DNA of 64,000 bases from Spirochaetota bacterium (GCA_963663865.1 OY760686.1:2016001-2080000); one strand, 5' to 3'; positions 29,587 to 40,595 are shown, numbered from the stretch's first letter. Notes: generated from the sequence alone by a model not told the origin. Program-made: numbers and translations.

Positions 29587-31317
29587 ATGAAAATATATCT
29601 CGCTGTCAATTCAGGTTTTTGCATGGGAGTACGCAATGCCGTTCTTCGACTCGTTAAAGACCTGAATGACACAAAAACGCCTTCCGCCGTGTACGGCAAC
29701 TTGATTCACAATCCCCAGACTATAGAAGTACTAAAGGAGCGCGGGATTGAAACAATAAACAGCCTGAAAAACATTTCAGGGAAGAAGATTGCGATTAGAA
29801 CTCATGGCGTCCCTATTGACGAAACCCGTTATATTAAAAAACACTCAAGCACCCTTCTAAACCTTACCTGCCCCAGGGTGGCAAAAGTCCAATCGCTCAT
29901 AAAGCAGTATTCCAGAAAAGGATACTATGTTTTAATATGTGGCGACAAAGACCACGCTGAGGTTCTTGGTCTTATAAGCTTTGCAGAGAACGGGTACAGC
30001 GTTGTGTCAGGACCCGATGAAATAATCAATATCCCGGAAAACAGAAATATACTTCTGGTTTCTCAAACAACCTTCGACGGTCAGCTTTTTATTTCTATAT
30101 CAGAGAGAGCGAAGGAGCTTTTCCCCGGCCTTAAAATAATTAACACCATCTGCGATTCAACACGCCTTCGTCAAAATGATCTCATAGAGGCTTCTGCCAA
30201 AAACGTAAATACACTTGTAGTAATTGGAGGGCGTAATTCTGCAAATACAAGGCGTCTTTACGAAATCGGCAACTCATTGAATATGAAGGCCTTTCTTGTT
30301 GAGGAGGCGGGTGAACTGAGTGAAAGTGATTTTACGAGAGATGATATTGTCCTTGTAACAGCCGGTGCCTCCACTCCGGGCTGGATAATTAGAGACATAC
30401 TTGAAAGACTATATGAAATAAAGTCGCTTAAAAAATGCCGCATTTTCAGAATATTCCGGGCTATCACAAAAAACCTGTTCGAACTGAACATTGTTTCAGC
30501 CCTTTTTGCGTCAGCAATGACTTCCTTTTCACAAACGTATTCTAACACATCTACAAACCCGTATCTTGTTACAGTATCATTCGTTTACATATTGTCAATG
30601 TACTCAATTAACAACTATTTTGATTCTTTTTCGGTAAGATCATTCCCTTCAAGTCGAAATGCAAAGCATGGCTTTACGGGAACTGCACTGTTTGCGATTT
30701 CGATAATTCTGTGTGTTGCAGGGATATTTCCAGCTTATTCTGCCGGGATAGATATTATGTTCATATACCTGCTTCTTGTAACAACAGGGTTTATATATTT
30801 TTCCCCTGCTTTAAGCAGAACAGCAGCCAGAAAATTTCATCCTATTCTGAGAAAATTCTACAATTCAAAACAGATTGCCTGTATGGGGTGGGCCGCAGTT
30901 ACCGTGCTTTTCCCTTTTCTATGCTGCGAGGGAGAGGCCAAAAGCTTTCTTCCTCTTTTTCTGATAATACCAGCGGCTTCAGTAAGACATCTACTCTCAG
31001 ATATTTCTGACTATCAATCGGATATAATTTTCGGAAGAGAATCATTGCCGACATGGCTCGGCCTGCATAGAACATCAATTCTTATAAAAACCATTTTGAC
31101 CGCATCCTTTCTGATATATACGACAGGAACAGCAATTTATTCTGAACCCATCTACCTGATTCCATCTGCAGGCCTTCTCTATCAGCTTTATTTGCTTAAT
31201 GACTTTATGAAAAATTTAAGTCGGGTGAGAATCGACAGTCTGATAAGGATTGACCTTTCGTATCTTGTTTTTATCCTGTTATTTGCTGTAACCTTAGTTT
31301 TAAAATTGCTTCTATAA
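29587..31317 (+). CDS. ispH: 4-hydroxy-3-methylbut-2-enyl diphosphate reductase fused to a UbiA-like prenyltransferase membrane domain
   Basis: GFCMGV, LIHN, TCP.V, H.EV, SQTT, TICD.T..RQ, SANT, TAGASTP in the N-half; C-half multi-TM with NNYFD and D..D...D...GRESLP. Confidence 0.85.
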   Translation: MKIYLAVNSGFCMGVRNAVLRLVKDLNDTKTPSAVYGNLIHNPQTIEVLKERGIETINSLKNISGKKIAIRTHGVPIDETRYIKKHSSTLLNLTCPRVAKVQSLIKQYSRKGYYVLICGDKDHAEVLGLISFAENGYSVVSGPDEIINIPENRNILLVSQTTFDGQLFISISERAKELFPGLKIINTICDSTRLRQNDLIEASAKNVNTLVVIGGRNSANTRRLYEIGNSLNMKAFLVEEAGELSESDFTRDDIVLVTAGASTPGWIIRDILERLYEIKSLKKCRIFRIFRAITKNLFELNIVSALFASAMTSFSQTYSNTSTNPYLVTVSFVYILSMYSINNYFDSFSVRSFPSSRNAKHGFTGTALFAISIILCVAGIFPAYSAGIDIMFIYLLLVTTGFIYFSPALSRTAARKFHPILRKFYNSKQIACMGWAAVTVLFPFLCCEGEAKSFLPLFLIIPAASVRHLLSDISDYQSDIIFGRESLPTWLGLHRTSILIKTILTASFLIYTTGTAIYSEPIYLIPSAGLLYQLYLLNDFMKNLSRVRIDSLIRIDLSYLVFILLFAVTLVLKLLL

Positions 31318-31330
31318 CAGGGGTCACTTT

Positions 31331-32182
31331 ATGGATATAAATGCAAGAACAGAGCTCTACTGTATTTTTGGTAATCCCGTAGCTCACTCTCTTTCTCCGA
31401 TAATGCACAATACCGCTTTCAGAAACTTCAACATCAATTCAGTTTATATGGCATTCAAGCCTGAGAGTCTTGCTGGCGCCGCAGCAGCAATGAGAAGCCT
31501 CAATATAAAGGGTGCCAGCATAACTATTCCATTTAAGACTGACATTATATCCTTGATAGACAAAGTCCATCCTCTTGCGCTCCAGATAGGAGCCGTCAAT
31601 ACCCTTGTCAATAAGGATGGGCTTATTGAAGGTTACAATACCGACGGTATCGGAGCAGTTCTCGCGCTGGAGCACAGCGGTATATCTCTTGAAAACAGCA
31701 GGGTCATGATAATCGGCAATGGAGGCTCTGCAAGGGCAATCGCCTTTACAATCCTTGGGAAAAAAGCTGAAGTAATAATATGCGGTCGAAACCTTTCGCG
31801 GGTATCGGAACTCTCAAAAAGCCTCAAAGACACCGGATTTATTGCTGAAACAGTTATTATCGATAACATTACAAACGATATTATGAAAAGGGTTGATATT
31901 ATTATCAATACCACCCCGATCGGGATGAGTCCGCAAACTTCGCTGTCACCTCTCAACGCTGATTTTCTTTCAGATCATCATACTGTATTTGACATTATCT
32001 ATTCGCCGGACACGACGGAGCTTTTAAAGCATGCTATTCGCAAAGGTTGTAAAACGGTGAAAGGTATAGACATGCTTATCCATCAGGGAATAGCTCAGTT
32101 TGAAATATGGACAGGATTTAAGCCTCCATACGAACTTATTCTTGATGCTCTTAAGCCCTACCTGGATGTGGACAATGAATGA
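31331..32182 (+). CDS. aroE: Shikimate dehydrogenase
   Basis: HSLSP.MHN, TIPFK, GAVNT, GYNTD, GxGG.ARA, NTTPIGM, D.IYSP. Confidence 0.95.
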   Translation: MDINARTELYCIFGNPVAHSLSPIMHNTAFRNFNINSVYMAFKPESLAGAAAAMRSLNIKGASITIPFKTDIISLIDKVHPLALQIGAVNTLVNKDGLIEGYNTDGIGAVLALEHSGISLENSRVMIIGNGGSARAIAFTILGKKAEVIICGRNLSRVSELSKSLKDTGFIAETVIIDNITNDIMKRVDIIINTTPIGMSPQTSLSPLNADFLSDHHTVFDIIYSPDTTELLKHAIRKGCKTVKGIDMLIHQGIAQFEIWTGFKPPYELILDALKPYLDVDNE

Positions 32183-33470
32183 AAACGAATTATCTTCACT
32201 AAATAATTTCATAAATAATGAAAAGAGAACCGACTATAAAGGATACAGTCCCGAAAACATCAGGTTTCTTCTTGAAAAAGCGGGGAATCCGCATCACCGA
32301 TTAAAAACAGTACATATAGCCGGTACAAACGGTAAGGGAAGCACTGCTCATTACCTTTCATCAATTTTTTCTATTTCAGGATATAGTTGCGGACTTTACA
32401 CATCTCCGCACCTTCTTGAACTCAATGAAAGGATAAGCATAAATGGAGAGCAAATATCCGATAACGCTTTAAGCGATATCATAGATGAAACGGTATCAAA
32501 TGCATCTGAGCTCCCCGAAAAACCTACATTTTTTGATATACTTACCTGCGCCGCACTTGTATACTTTGATAGAATGAAAGTCGACATAGCTGTGATTGAA
32601 GCTGGTTTGGGCGGAAGACTTGACTCGACAAATCAGATAATTCCTGAACTGTCTATTATAACAAGCATTTCGCTTGATCACACTTCCGTTCTCGGCGATA
32701 CTGTTGAAAAGATAGCGGCTGAAAAAGCAGGAATAATAAAGCAGGGTGTTCCGGTTCTATATAGCACACTACTTCCAGAAGTATCATCGATAATATCTTC
32801 AAAAGCTTCAGAACTTAATGCCCCTTCCTTTCAGCTTTCCGAGCAAAATTATACTTATTCAAAGTCATCTAAATCTGTTTTCTCCATCAAAATCGGAAAC
32901 CGCGAGACCTTTTTCAGCGGTATATTGCTTAAGAACATTGGACGAAGTTTTTCCCTTAACGCGAGAATCGCAGCTAACGCTGCCCTTATCCTGTCCTCTT
33001 TATACCGGAGAATCACTGTTGATACTATAATCAATGGTTTGAACTCAACGATAGTTCCCGGTAGATTTGAGGTTTTATTAAATGATCCAGTTGTGATTTT
33101 CGACCCGGCTCACAATCCAGAGGCTGTAAAAGAGTTGTGTGAGACTGTCAAATCTGAATTCCCAGATGTCATTATTAACCCGGTAGTTTCACTGATGAAG
33201 GATAAGAATTTCGTAGAAATACTTGAAATATTACATCAAAACTTTAGAAATATCATCTTTTGTGAACTCGAGGATGAAAGATCTTTAAAAAAAACAGAAT
33301 TACCTGCAAACCACAACATAGAGTCAATCGGAGTTGAAGAAATTGATAGAATATTATTAAGCAGCATTTCTCACAGAAAACTTCTGCTTTTTACCGGTTC
33401 ATTCCGATTATATAAATATGTTAAAGAATCTGTAAATCGAATCCTTATAAGCGGAAACAGTCATGAGTGA
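32175..33470 (+). CDS. folC: Folylpolyglutamate/dihydrofolate synthase
   Basis: HIAGTNGKGS, YTSPHL, EAGLGGRLDSTN, DH...LG, D.AHNP; likely ATG 32175. Confidence 0.92.
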   Translation: MNENELSSLNNFINNEKRTDYKGYSPENIRFLLEKAGNPHHRLKTVHIAGTNGKGSTAHYLSSIFSISGYSCGLYTSPHLLELNERISINGEQISDNALSDIIDETVSNASELPEKPTFFDILTCAALVYFDRMKVDIAVIEAGLGGRLDSTNQIIPELSIITSISLDHTSVLGDTVEKIAAEKAGIIKQGVPVLYSTLLPEVSSIISSKASELNAPSFQLSEQNYTYSKSSKSVFSIKIGNRETFFSGILLKNIGRSFSLNARIAANAALILSSLYRRITVDTIINGLNSTIVPGRFEVLLNDPVVIFDPAHNPEAVKELCETVKSEFPDVIINPVVSLMKDKNFVEILEILHQNFRNIIFCELEDERSLKKTELPANHNIESIGVEEIDRILLSSISHRKLLLFTGSFRLYKYVKESVNRILISGNSHE

Positions 33471-34383
33471 AATTAAAATAAATGAACACAACCGCGACCT
33501 TCTGGTCGATATACGAAATACTATTAAGTCTTTAGTTGATGGTTCAATTTCAATTGAAACGGCTTCATTGCAGTTTAAAAGGCTCAACCAGAGATATGAA
33601 AGCCTTTTAGAAAAAAAACCTGAGCGCCCGTCAAACATTCTCAATCTGCTCTGCGCAGCACATACAGGTGAAAACTTTTCGAAGTATTCCGGAATTTGGG
33701 AGATTAACGAATCAGATATCAGGCCGCTATACGAATCAGGCATTTCCAAAATAAGGGATGCATCGCTGAATTTCCTGAAGAATGCTGAAGAATTTGACAT
33801 AGCATTGGACCATTCAGAACTTACCATGCACGGAACAGAGAATGAATACAGATTAATACTCGATAAAATCAAAACAGATTCACCCGGCCTGTTTGCCGTA
33901 TGTGTTACCTCGTCTCCATATTTTTCACTGAATAGATTTACAATATTCAGCACGATCTGTTGTCAGTTGGTTTCTTTAACAGAATTCAATGAGATCGAAG
34001 ACAGCTGCGACTATCTTGATTCAGTCTGCAAATCAATTGACCAGTATTTGAAAAACAACATAAAGTCAGGTTCAGCAACTCTAATTAAGCTTTACCGCTT
34101 TGAGGATCTGACGAGTGCCTTCAGCCACTTTGGAACCCGAGAAATGCTTGGCATTATGGAACGCATTCTTTTTTATTTGAGAAACAATTATGGATACACC
34201 TCGTTAATCCAGTCTGTTTCCCCTGAGCTATATATTGTCGTCGTTCCGGAGAAAAACAATATTCCAGCAAAAAACCAGCCTTTTAGCATAAAAGGCATAT
34301 CCGTTCCTTATGTCGTCAAGGAAACAGCTGTTTATAACTTTATTCCATCAAAATTGCTGCTTAACTATATTATTTCTGATTAA
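33463..34383 (+). CDS. Hypothetical protein; C-terminus resembles a degenerate GGDEF fold
   Basis: 306-aa ORF overlapping folC stop; YRFEDL....SHFG......ERI...L.......IQSVSPELYIVVVP pattern. Confidence 0.55.
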   Translation: MSEIKINEHNRDLLVDIRNTIKSLVDGSISIETASLQFKRLNQRYESLLEKKPERPSNILNLLCAAHTGENFSKYSGIWEINESDIRPLYESGISKIRDASLNFLKNAEEFDIALDHSELTMHGTENEYRLILDKIKTDSPGLFAVCVTSSPYFSLNRFTIFSTICCQLVSLTEFNEIEDSCDYLDSVCKSIDQYLKNNIKSGSATLIKLYRFEDLTSAFSHFGTREMLGIMERILFYLRNNYGYTSLIQSVSPELYIVVVPEKNNIPAKNQPFSIKGISVPYVVKETAVYNFIPSKLLLNYIISD

Positions 34384-34388
34384 CAATT

Positions 34389-36473
34389 TCATGCAGGATT
34401 TGATACAATCTGAGATTCTCCGCTGGTCATCGCCGACTTAATTGTTTCAGAAAGTTCTCCTGCAGTCTTGCATCGCTTTGTAAACTCTGAAAGAAAATGA
34501 ATATCGGAAATGTTTATCTCATAATCACGCCCAGTCATATCAACTATTGATGATTTATTATTCCCGGCGGGACTTTTACACACAGCCACTGGTACAAGCG
34601 CAATTTCGATAGTGTGTTTAAACATGGTATTGGCGAGTATATCATAAAAACGCGCAGAGTCAACATCTTTACCGGCTTCTTCTTCATTGCCATGTTCGGT
34701 TCCGGTGAAGAAGAGAAGCGGAACGCCATTTTCGATCATTGTAGATAGATACTTAGCGACAGATTCGCGATATACACGGTTATGCAGTCTTGTTTCGTCG
34801 ACTACAAAGCCTCCTGCGGATTTAAGTATGAACCTGTGTAAGCGGCCCTTGACCGCGCTCCTGCTCACGTAGAACCTCGGCAGCGGCATGCCTTTAATAT
34901 CAAGGGAGTGTATAATGGCCATGAAGTCATATCGGTTACTGAAAGGTGCGGCGTAAATAATGTTGGTAGAATCCTTCAGAGAACTTATTTCAGAAAAATT
35001 ACCATTCACAGTAACGAAAAAATTCCCTGTTAAAAGTGTGCCCACAAAACCTGCGGCCCGTAATCCAAAAAGAAATATCCTGCTGAAAAAATAATTATAC
35101 CTGTCCGCAATCCTTTTTGAGTAATAGGATGAAAGCTGTTTTAATGTTTTTTTGAAGTTTTGAGCTGAAATTTTTGATATCAGGTTTAATTCCCGTCTGC
35201 TTTTTCTGTCATCCACGATATTTTCTGCAAAGAGCTTCAGCTCTCCAACAATGGTTTCCTGACTTTCACTGTCGGATCCTGTAAAGCTGTCGACTACCCG
35301 CTCTGATATTATATCACCAAAGACGCTTCCCTGTGTGTACTCAAGCCCCCTCTTTCTTGTTCCGATCTGGATTTTTGTCTGTGAATAAATTTCATCAAAT
35401 TTTTCAGGATTCTTTATTGTTTCAATCAGCAGCGAAGGATCCTTTTTATTCAGAAGAATTTCATAAAGAGAGCGGTAAACGGGTATGGAGATGCTGTTCT
35501 TTTCAGCCAGTTCAATCAGTGGTTCAATTGAATATGCACCCTCCACCAGATAATCAAGGTTCTCACTCATTTTCTGAATGACAAACTGGGGTTTAAACTT
35601 GAGGATAAGCCTGTCAATAAAGTCAGGACTTTTACCTCTCGAAAGAATATGCTTTCCGATATCCAATCCGAATCGTCTATTCCTGCTATGGGGACTCAAA
35701 GCTGTTGTGACTAAATCGCCAAGACCGGATATATCTATAACAGTTTCTTCCCTGGCCTTGAAAATTCTGCTCAGATTTATCATTTCCTTCAGTGCCTCTG
35801 ATATCAAAGCCCCGCTCAGATTATCACCGCAGGAAGGCAAAACGCCAATAATCCCTGCTGCGATAGCCGCAGGATTTTTCAGAGTACCGCCTAATTCAAC
35901 ACCGACAATATCGTCCGTTGTTCTGCATTGGATATAATCGCATGTAATCAAGAATGCCGCTATATCCCTTCCCTTTTTATTCTTACTCCCGACATTGAGG
36001 CATGTATGATATCGTTTTGACACCTCCTCAGCGTGACTGGGACCTGATATGGCAACAACCTTTCCTTTAACCCGTGGGACCGTCTTCTCTATTGACTGAG
36101 AAATGGTGTATATCTCACCGCCAATTTTACAAAATCCCTTTGTGAGAAAGCCAACAAACATATCCCGGGTAATAAAACGCCTCAGCCGATGGAGAATATC
36201 AACAAGTACCTTGGAAGGCGTCGCGAAAATAATCATATCAGCGCCGACAGCCGAATCCTTCAGGCTGCCCGTACATTCGATATTGTCGGGAAGAACAACG
36301 CCCGGGAGAAATCTTTCATTGATTCTCCTGCTGTTTACTGAAGAGACCACTTCCTTCTCAAATGCCCAGAGAGAAACATTCACTTCCGGATGATTTTCGG
36401 CGATAATGACAGCTACTGATGTTCCCCATGAGCCGGCGCCTATAATCGATACTTTTGACACTTCGGTATTCAA
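34389..36473 (-). CDS. gpsA: NAD(P)H-dependent glycerol-3-phosphate dehydrogenase with C-terminal acyltransferase-like extension
   Basis: IIGAGSWGT, SGPSHA.EV, GVELGG.LKN, GLGDL.TT, SRNR, VEG in about the first 350 aa; further ~340 aa with GPAT-like remnants (AGGF.V.R, ALVPV). Confidence 0.85.
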   Translation of the reverse strand: MNTEVSKVSIIGAGSWGTSVAVIIAENHPEVNVSLWAFEKEVVSSVNSRRINERFLPGVVLPDNIECTGSLKDSAVGADMIIFATPSKVLVDILHRLRRFITRDMFVGFLTKGFCKIGGEIYTISQSIEKTVPRVKGKVVAISGPSHAEEVSKRYHTCLNVGSKNKKGRDIAAFLITCDYIQCRTTDDIVGVELGGTLKNPAAIAAGIIGVLPSCGDNLSGALISEALKEMINLSRIFKAREETVIDISGLGDLVTTALSPHSRNRRFGLDIGKHILSRGKSPDFIDRLILKFKPQFVIQKMSENLDYLVEGAYSIEPLIELAEKNSISIPVYRSLYEILLNKKDPSLLIETIKNPEKFDEIYSQTKIQIGTRKRGLEYTQGSVFGDIISERVVDSFTGSDSESQETIVGELKLFAENIVDDRKSRRELNLISKISAQNFKKTLKQLSSYYSKRIADRYNYFFSRIFLFGLRAAGFVGTLLTGNFFVTVNGNFSEISSLKDSTNIIYAAPFSNRYDFMAIIHSLDIKGMPLPRFYVSRSAVKGRLHRFILKSAGGFVVDETRLHNRVYRESVAKYLSTMIENGVPLLFFTGTEHGNEEEAGKDVDSARFYDILANTMFKHTIEIALVPVAVCKSPAGNNKSSIVDMTGRDYEINISDIHFLSEFTKRCKTAGELSETIKSAMTSGESQIVSNPA

Positions 36474-36547
36474 GTTCTATCTCCGTTTCATGTTTATTTC
36501 CGAGACAAATAGTTCCGAATCGGGGAAACGCAGAACTGCATGCTACT

Positions 36548-38320
36548 CTACATGTAGTCCAGATAATCTTTGAGCTTTCTTGCGCGGGTTGGATGACGCA
36601 GTCTCCGAAGGGCCTTTGCCTCTATCTGTCTGATTCGCTCACGGGTGACCTTAAAGACGTAGCCTACTTCCTCAAGGGTGTGTGAATATCCGTCGTCGAG
36701 GCCGAACCGCATTCTGATAACCTTCTGTTCTCTCGCAGGCAGAGTGCTGAGGACTGTCGATATCTGTTCATGAAGCAATCTATATGCGGCAGTGTTTACA
36801 GGAGAATCGACCTCTTTGTCCTCAATGAAATCGCCGAGAAGTGAATCCTCTTCCTCTCCAACAGGGGTCTCAAGTGAAATAGGCTCCCTTGCTACATTCT
36901 TTACCGCTTTTACCTTTGTAACAGGCCAGCCCAGCCTTGTCGCAAGTTCTTCAGGATTTGGCTCCCTGCCGAACTCCTGCTGAAAAAGCCTTGTTTCGCG
37001 CATAACCTTGTTTATCTGCTCAATCATGTGAACAGGAACCCTTATGGTTCTTGCCTGATCAGAAATAGCCCTGGTTATCGCCTGTCGAATCCACCAGGTT
37101 GCATAAGTTGAAAATTTATAGCCTTTGCGATATTCAAACTTGTCGACCGCCTTGATCAGTCCAATATTTCCTTCCTGTATCAGATCAAAGAAATGCATTC
37201 CGCGGTTCGCGTATTTCTTTGCAATTGAGACAACAAGCCTGAGGTTGGCATTTATCAGTTCTTTTTTAGCGATAGAGATTTTTCTCTGTCCCTGTGAAAT
37301 CATCTTGCCCCAATCGAGAATTTCGTCAGCCTCAGCACCTGCTTCCTGTTCAATCCTTCTGATCTTTCGCTCATTATTGCGAATATCCTTGACAATCTCA
37401 AGCAGATCCTCCGTTGAAGAAAGACCAAGATCCTTCATGATCTCCTGCTCATCCTCGCCTTTCTCAACCTTTCTGGCATAATGCTTAAGTTCTTTTATAT
37501 CCTTGTTGAACTGTTTTTCTATGACATTAAAAAAGGAACATGTATCCTTCACCCGCGACACCATAGATTGAATTTTATGGGCAAGTTTACCTATTTCTGC
37601 TTCATTAATCCCGATTTCAGCAACTGCTTTTTTAATATTCTCTGTTGATTTCAACTTCTGTTCAAGAACGGTTTCGTATTCCTTGCTCCCTTCGTCGAGT
37701 TTTTTTAATTTGCTCGTAAGCTTGAGTACCCGGTTATCCTCTTCAATGATAGTCTTCATCTTTTCATTGTAACGCTTCTCAAGCTCCTGCAGGTCGACTG
37801 AGGAAAAATAGTAAAGCCTGTTAACCTTTAGAATGTCTGTGATTTTAATCTTATTAGATTTGACTTTCGGATGATTTTTTATTAAGTCGTTGATAAGAAG
37901 ACTTGAGTTGATTACCGCCTTCTCAATCATTATTTCTCCATCTTCAATTCTTCTGGCAAGATCAACCTCCTGGTCTCCCGATAGAAGAGAAACTCTTCCG
38001 ATTTCTTTAAGATAAAGCCGGATGGGGTCATCTATATGTGATGCATCCTCTGCGGTTGAAGAGGCTTTTTTTGAAGAAGTGCTCTTTTTTTTCGGCTCCG
38101 GTGCCGCAGACTGCTGTATCTTTCGGGAAGCTTCCTCAACAATTTCAATACCAAGTTGATTTAAAAGAATAAAAATATCGTCAATTTTATCCGAGTTAAG
38201 CAGCTTATCCGGGAGTGTGTCATTTAATTCGTCGTAAGTTATCTCTCCATTCGTCTTTCCAAGATCGATAAGTTTTTTTACTTCCTCGATGTTTTCTAAA
38301 ACCAGGTCGTTTTTGCTCAT
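36548..38320 (-). CDS. rpoD: RNA polymerase primary sigma factor
   Basis: [50 protein letters not shown]; downstream of dnaG. Confidence 0.98.
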   Translation of the reverse strand: MSKNDLVLENIEEVKKLIDLGKTNGEITYDELNDTLPDKLLNSDKIDDIFILLNQLGIEIVEEASRKIQQSAAPEPKKKSTSSKKASSTAEDASHIDDPIRLYLKEIGRVSLLSGDQEVDLARRIEDGEIMIEKAVINSSLLINDLIKNHPKVKSNKIKITDILKVNRLYYFSSVDLQELEKRYNEKMKTIIEEDNRVLKLTSKLKKLDEGSKEYETVLEQKLKSTENIKKAVAEIGINEAEIGKLAHKIQSMVSRVKDTCSFFNVIEKQFNKDIKELKHYARKVEKGEDEQEIMKDLGLSSTEDLLEIVKDIRNNERKIRRIEQEAGAEADEILDWGKMISQGQRKISIAKKELINANLRLVVSIAKKYANRGMHFFDLIQEGNIGLIKAVDKFEYRKGYKFSTYATWWIRQAITRAISDQARTIRVPVHMIEQINKVMRETRLFQQEFGREPNPEELATRLGWPVTKVKAVKNVAREPISLETPVGEEEDSLLGDFIEDKEVDSPVNTAAYRLLHEQISTVLSTLPAREQKVIRMRFGLDDGYSHTLEEVGYVFKVTRERIRQIEAKALRRLRHPTRARKLKDYLDYM

Positions 38321-38426
38321 GGATTCTTCCTTAAAAAATTTTAATATACTGACATTGTGAGATATTTCATTATGATAAATACAAAAAGTCTAATCTTGAC
38401 TCAAATCCACGGAATATTTGCTGAAG

Positions 38427-40217
38427 TTAAACAATCCTCTTCGCGGTTTTTCCCCGGTCATAGAGGTATGAAGACAGCTTTTCCTTCTCCCTCCTGAGAA
38501 CTTCAATCTCAGTCAGAAACTGATCACCACCGGCTCCTGAAGAGCTGACAAGACCGGCATATTCATTTATTTTTTGATCAATTTCATAAAGTTTCATGTT
38601 CAAATATATCTCTGAATAGGCCTTAAGAGGATCATCAGTTTTGAAGCCTGTATTAAGCGCATAGTTGAGAAAGTCTAATTCTAAACCAGCACCTAAATAG
38701 TCAAATACTTTATATATCTCAAAATTTGCTCCGCTTTTATAAATTTCGGCAAAAGCTTGAAGTATTTTTGAAGAAATTTCGTCATCAATCGTGCTGAAAT
38801 CAAAATCTATTACCGCGTTTTTAATAAGCTCCGGATAATTGCTCAACAGGATTACGATATCCCTGTAGCCTCTTTTCTCAAAATTGTCTGTTTCAAAAAC
38901 CTTTTTTCCCCTGTTTCTGTTTTCCAGCTGTCCGCTATTATCCTTTTGATATCTGCTGAAGTCTTTCCTCAGTGAATCTTCATTTATCCCCGTCATTGAA
39001 GATATTTTCTTTAGATATATCGCTCTTTCCGATTCAAGACGCATATCTTTAAGCACTTCAAACATCCCCATAATAACGGTCAGAGGGTCTTTACCACGGC
39101 CCGCCAATGCTGTCATTTCAAGACGGAAATCAGCCGGTTTAAGGGCATTATCCACTACTATCATGAACTCGCGAACACCTTTTTCAAGGATATAGTCAAA
39201 CGGATCACCCTCTGGAAGCCTTGCCACCCTCACGTCGATGCTGACCGAGGCCGCTACCGTAAGCGACTTCAGAGCTGCATTCATGCCTGCTGAATCTGAA
39301 TCAAAAAGATATATCACCTCTGAACAAAAACGTGAAAGCGACCTTATATGCGCTTCGGTAAGCGCCGTCCCGAGAGGGGCGACAACATTGCATATCCCCT
39401 CCTGGTGGCATCCTATTACGTCAAGGTATCCTTCAACAATAATGGCTCTGTTCAGCTCTCTGATATGCTCCTGCGCCACATTAAGACCATAAAGGACATC
39501 CCGCTTCCTGAAAACAATCGATTCTGGAGAATTAAGATACTTCGGAGTTGAATTATCAATTGAGCGTCCTCCAAAAGCTATGGGACGGGACCTCCGGTCA
39601 AATATGGGGAAAATAACCCTGTTGCGAAAACGGTCATACCGGAGTGACGGATTCTTCTGGGACACACTTAGTATGCCAAGCTCTTCACATAGCTTCATGT
39701 CCGCTTTTTTAGATAAAAGCCTTGAAGATATATGCGACCATTCATCAGGTGCATAACCGAGAGAAAACCTCTCAATAGTCTCAGGCTTCAGACCTCTATT
39801 CAAAAAGTATTCATAACCAGTTTTCCCCGCCTGACTCGAAATAATACGCTGGTAAAGCCTCATTACGTAAGTGTTTATGCGTAGAGCCTCATCCTCCCTT
39901 GTTCTTTGCGGATCTTTTTGCGTTTCTTCAATTTCCATCCCGAGGATTGAGGCTAAAAGCTTTACACTTTCCGGGAAATCAATGTTTTCAATTTTCTGCA
40001 GAAACGTGTAAACATTTCCGCCGGTGTGACATCCGAAACAATAAAAGATCTGCTTTTCAGGTGTCACAGTAAAAGATGGTGTCTTTTCTTTATGAAAAGG
40101 GCATAATCCGATATAGTTCTTACCTTTTTTTTTGAGAGTAGGAACATAACGTGTCACTATGTCCTGTATCTGACAACGGTCACGAATACTATCCGCGATA
40201 TCTCTGGATATAAACAA
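38427..40217 (-). CDS. dnaG: DNA primase
   Basis: CPFHKEKTPSF...CFGC zinc finger, DRFRNR, KYLNSPE, VEGY.D, D.D.AG TOPRIM. Confidence 0.97.
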   Translation of the reverse strand: MFISRDIADSIRDRCQIQDIVTRYVPTLKKKGKNYIGLCPFHKEKTPSFTVTPEKQIFYCFGCHTGGNVYTFLQKIENIDFPESVKLLASILGMEIEETQKDPQRTREDEALRINTYVMRLYQRIISSQAGKTGYEYFLNRGLKPETIERFSLGYAPDEWSHISSRLLSKKADMKLCEELGILSVSQKNPSLRYDRFRNRVIFPIFDRRSRPIAFGGRSIDNSTPKYLNSPESIVFRKRDVLYGLNVAQEHIRELNRAIIVEGYLDVIGCHQEGICNVVAPLGTALTEAHIRSLSRFCSEVIYLFDSDSAGMNAALKSLTVAASVSIDVRVARLPEGDPFDYILEKGVREFMIVVDNALKPADFRLEMTALAGRGKDPLTVIMGMFEVLKDMRLESERAIYLKKISSMTGINEDSLRKDFSRYQKDNSGQLENRNRGKKVFETDNFEKRGYRDIVILLSNYPELIKNAVIDFDFSTIDDEISSKILQAFAEIYKSGANFEIYKVFDYLGAGLELDFLNYALNTGFKTDDPLKAYSEIYLNMKLYEIDQKINEYAGLVSSSGAGGDQFLTEIEVLRREKEKLSSYLYDRGKTAKRIV

Positions 40218-40436
40218 TAGCCTGTTCCTGAATTCGGATATAAGAGAAGCTGTTATTGAAGCGACATTATCTCATTAATATTAATAATAAAACACACCTT
40301 TCGTCAATACGAGTACAGTTATTTTTTTTATTAATATCACTTCAAGGGTGAATCGCAGCGCCTTCACTCTCTATATGTGTTTTTTTAACAAAATTATTCT
40401 TCAATTTAAGCATTTTGAACGCGAACCTGACACATC

Positions 40437-40464
40437 TCAAGCAACTAAAACATATGTCCGATAA
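40437..40464 (+). promoter_or_regulatory. Candidate sigma28 (FliA)-type promoter
   Basis: TCAAG-N15-TCCGATAA upstream of the 40596 ORF. Confidence 0.5.
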
Positions 40465-40595
40465 TTAATAAAGGATAAAAAAGCAAACAGTATTATGCTT
40501 GTGCGAAAAGATATAAAATATGATATTGCTATTTGTTTCTGTATGGGCTATCAGCCTCACATTTCACAAAATGTTAAATCAACGACGGAGAACTT

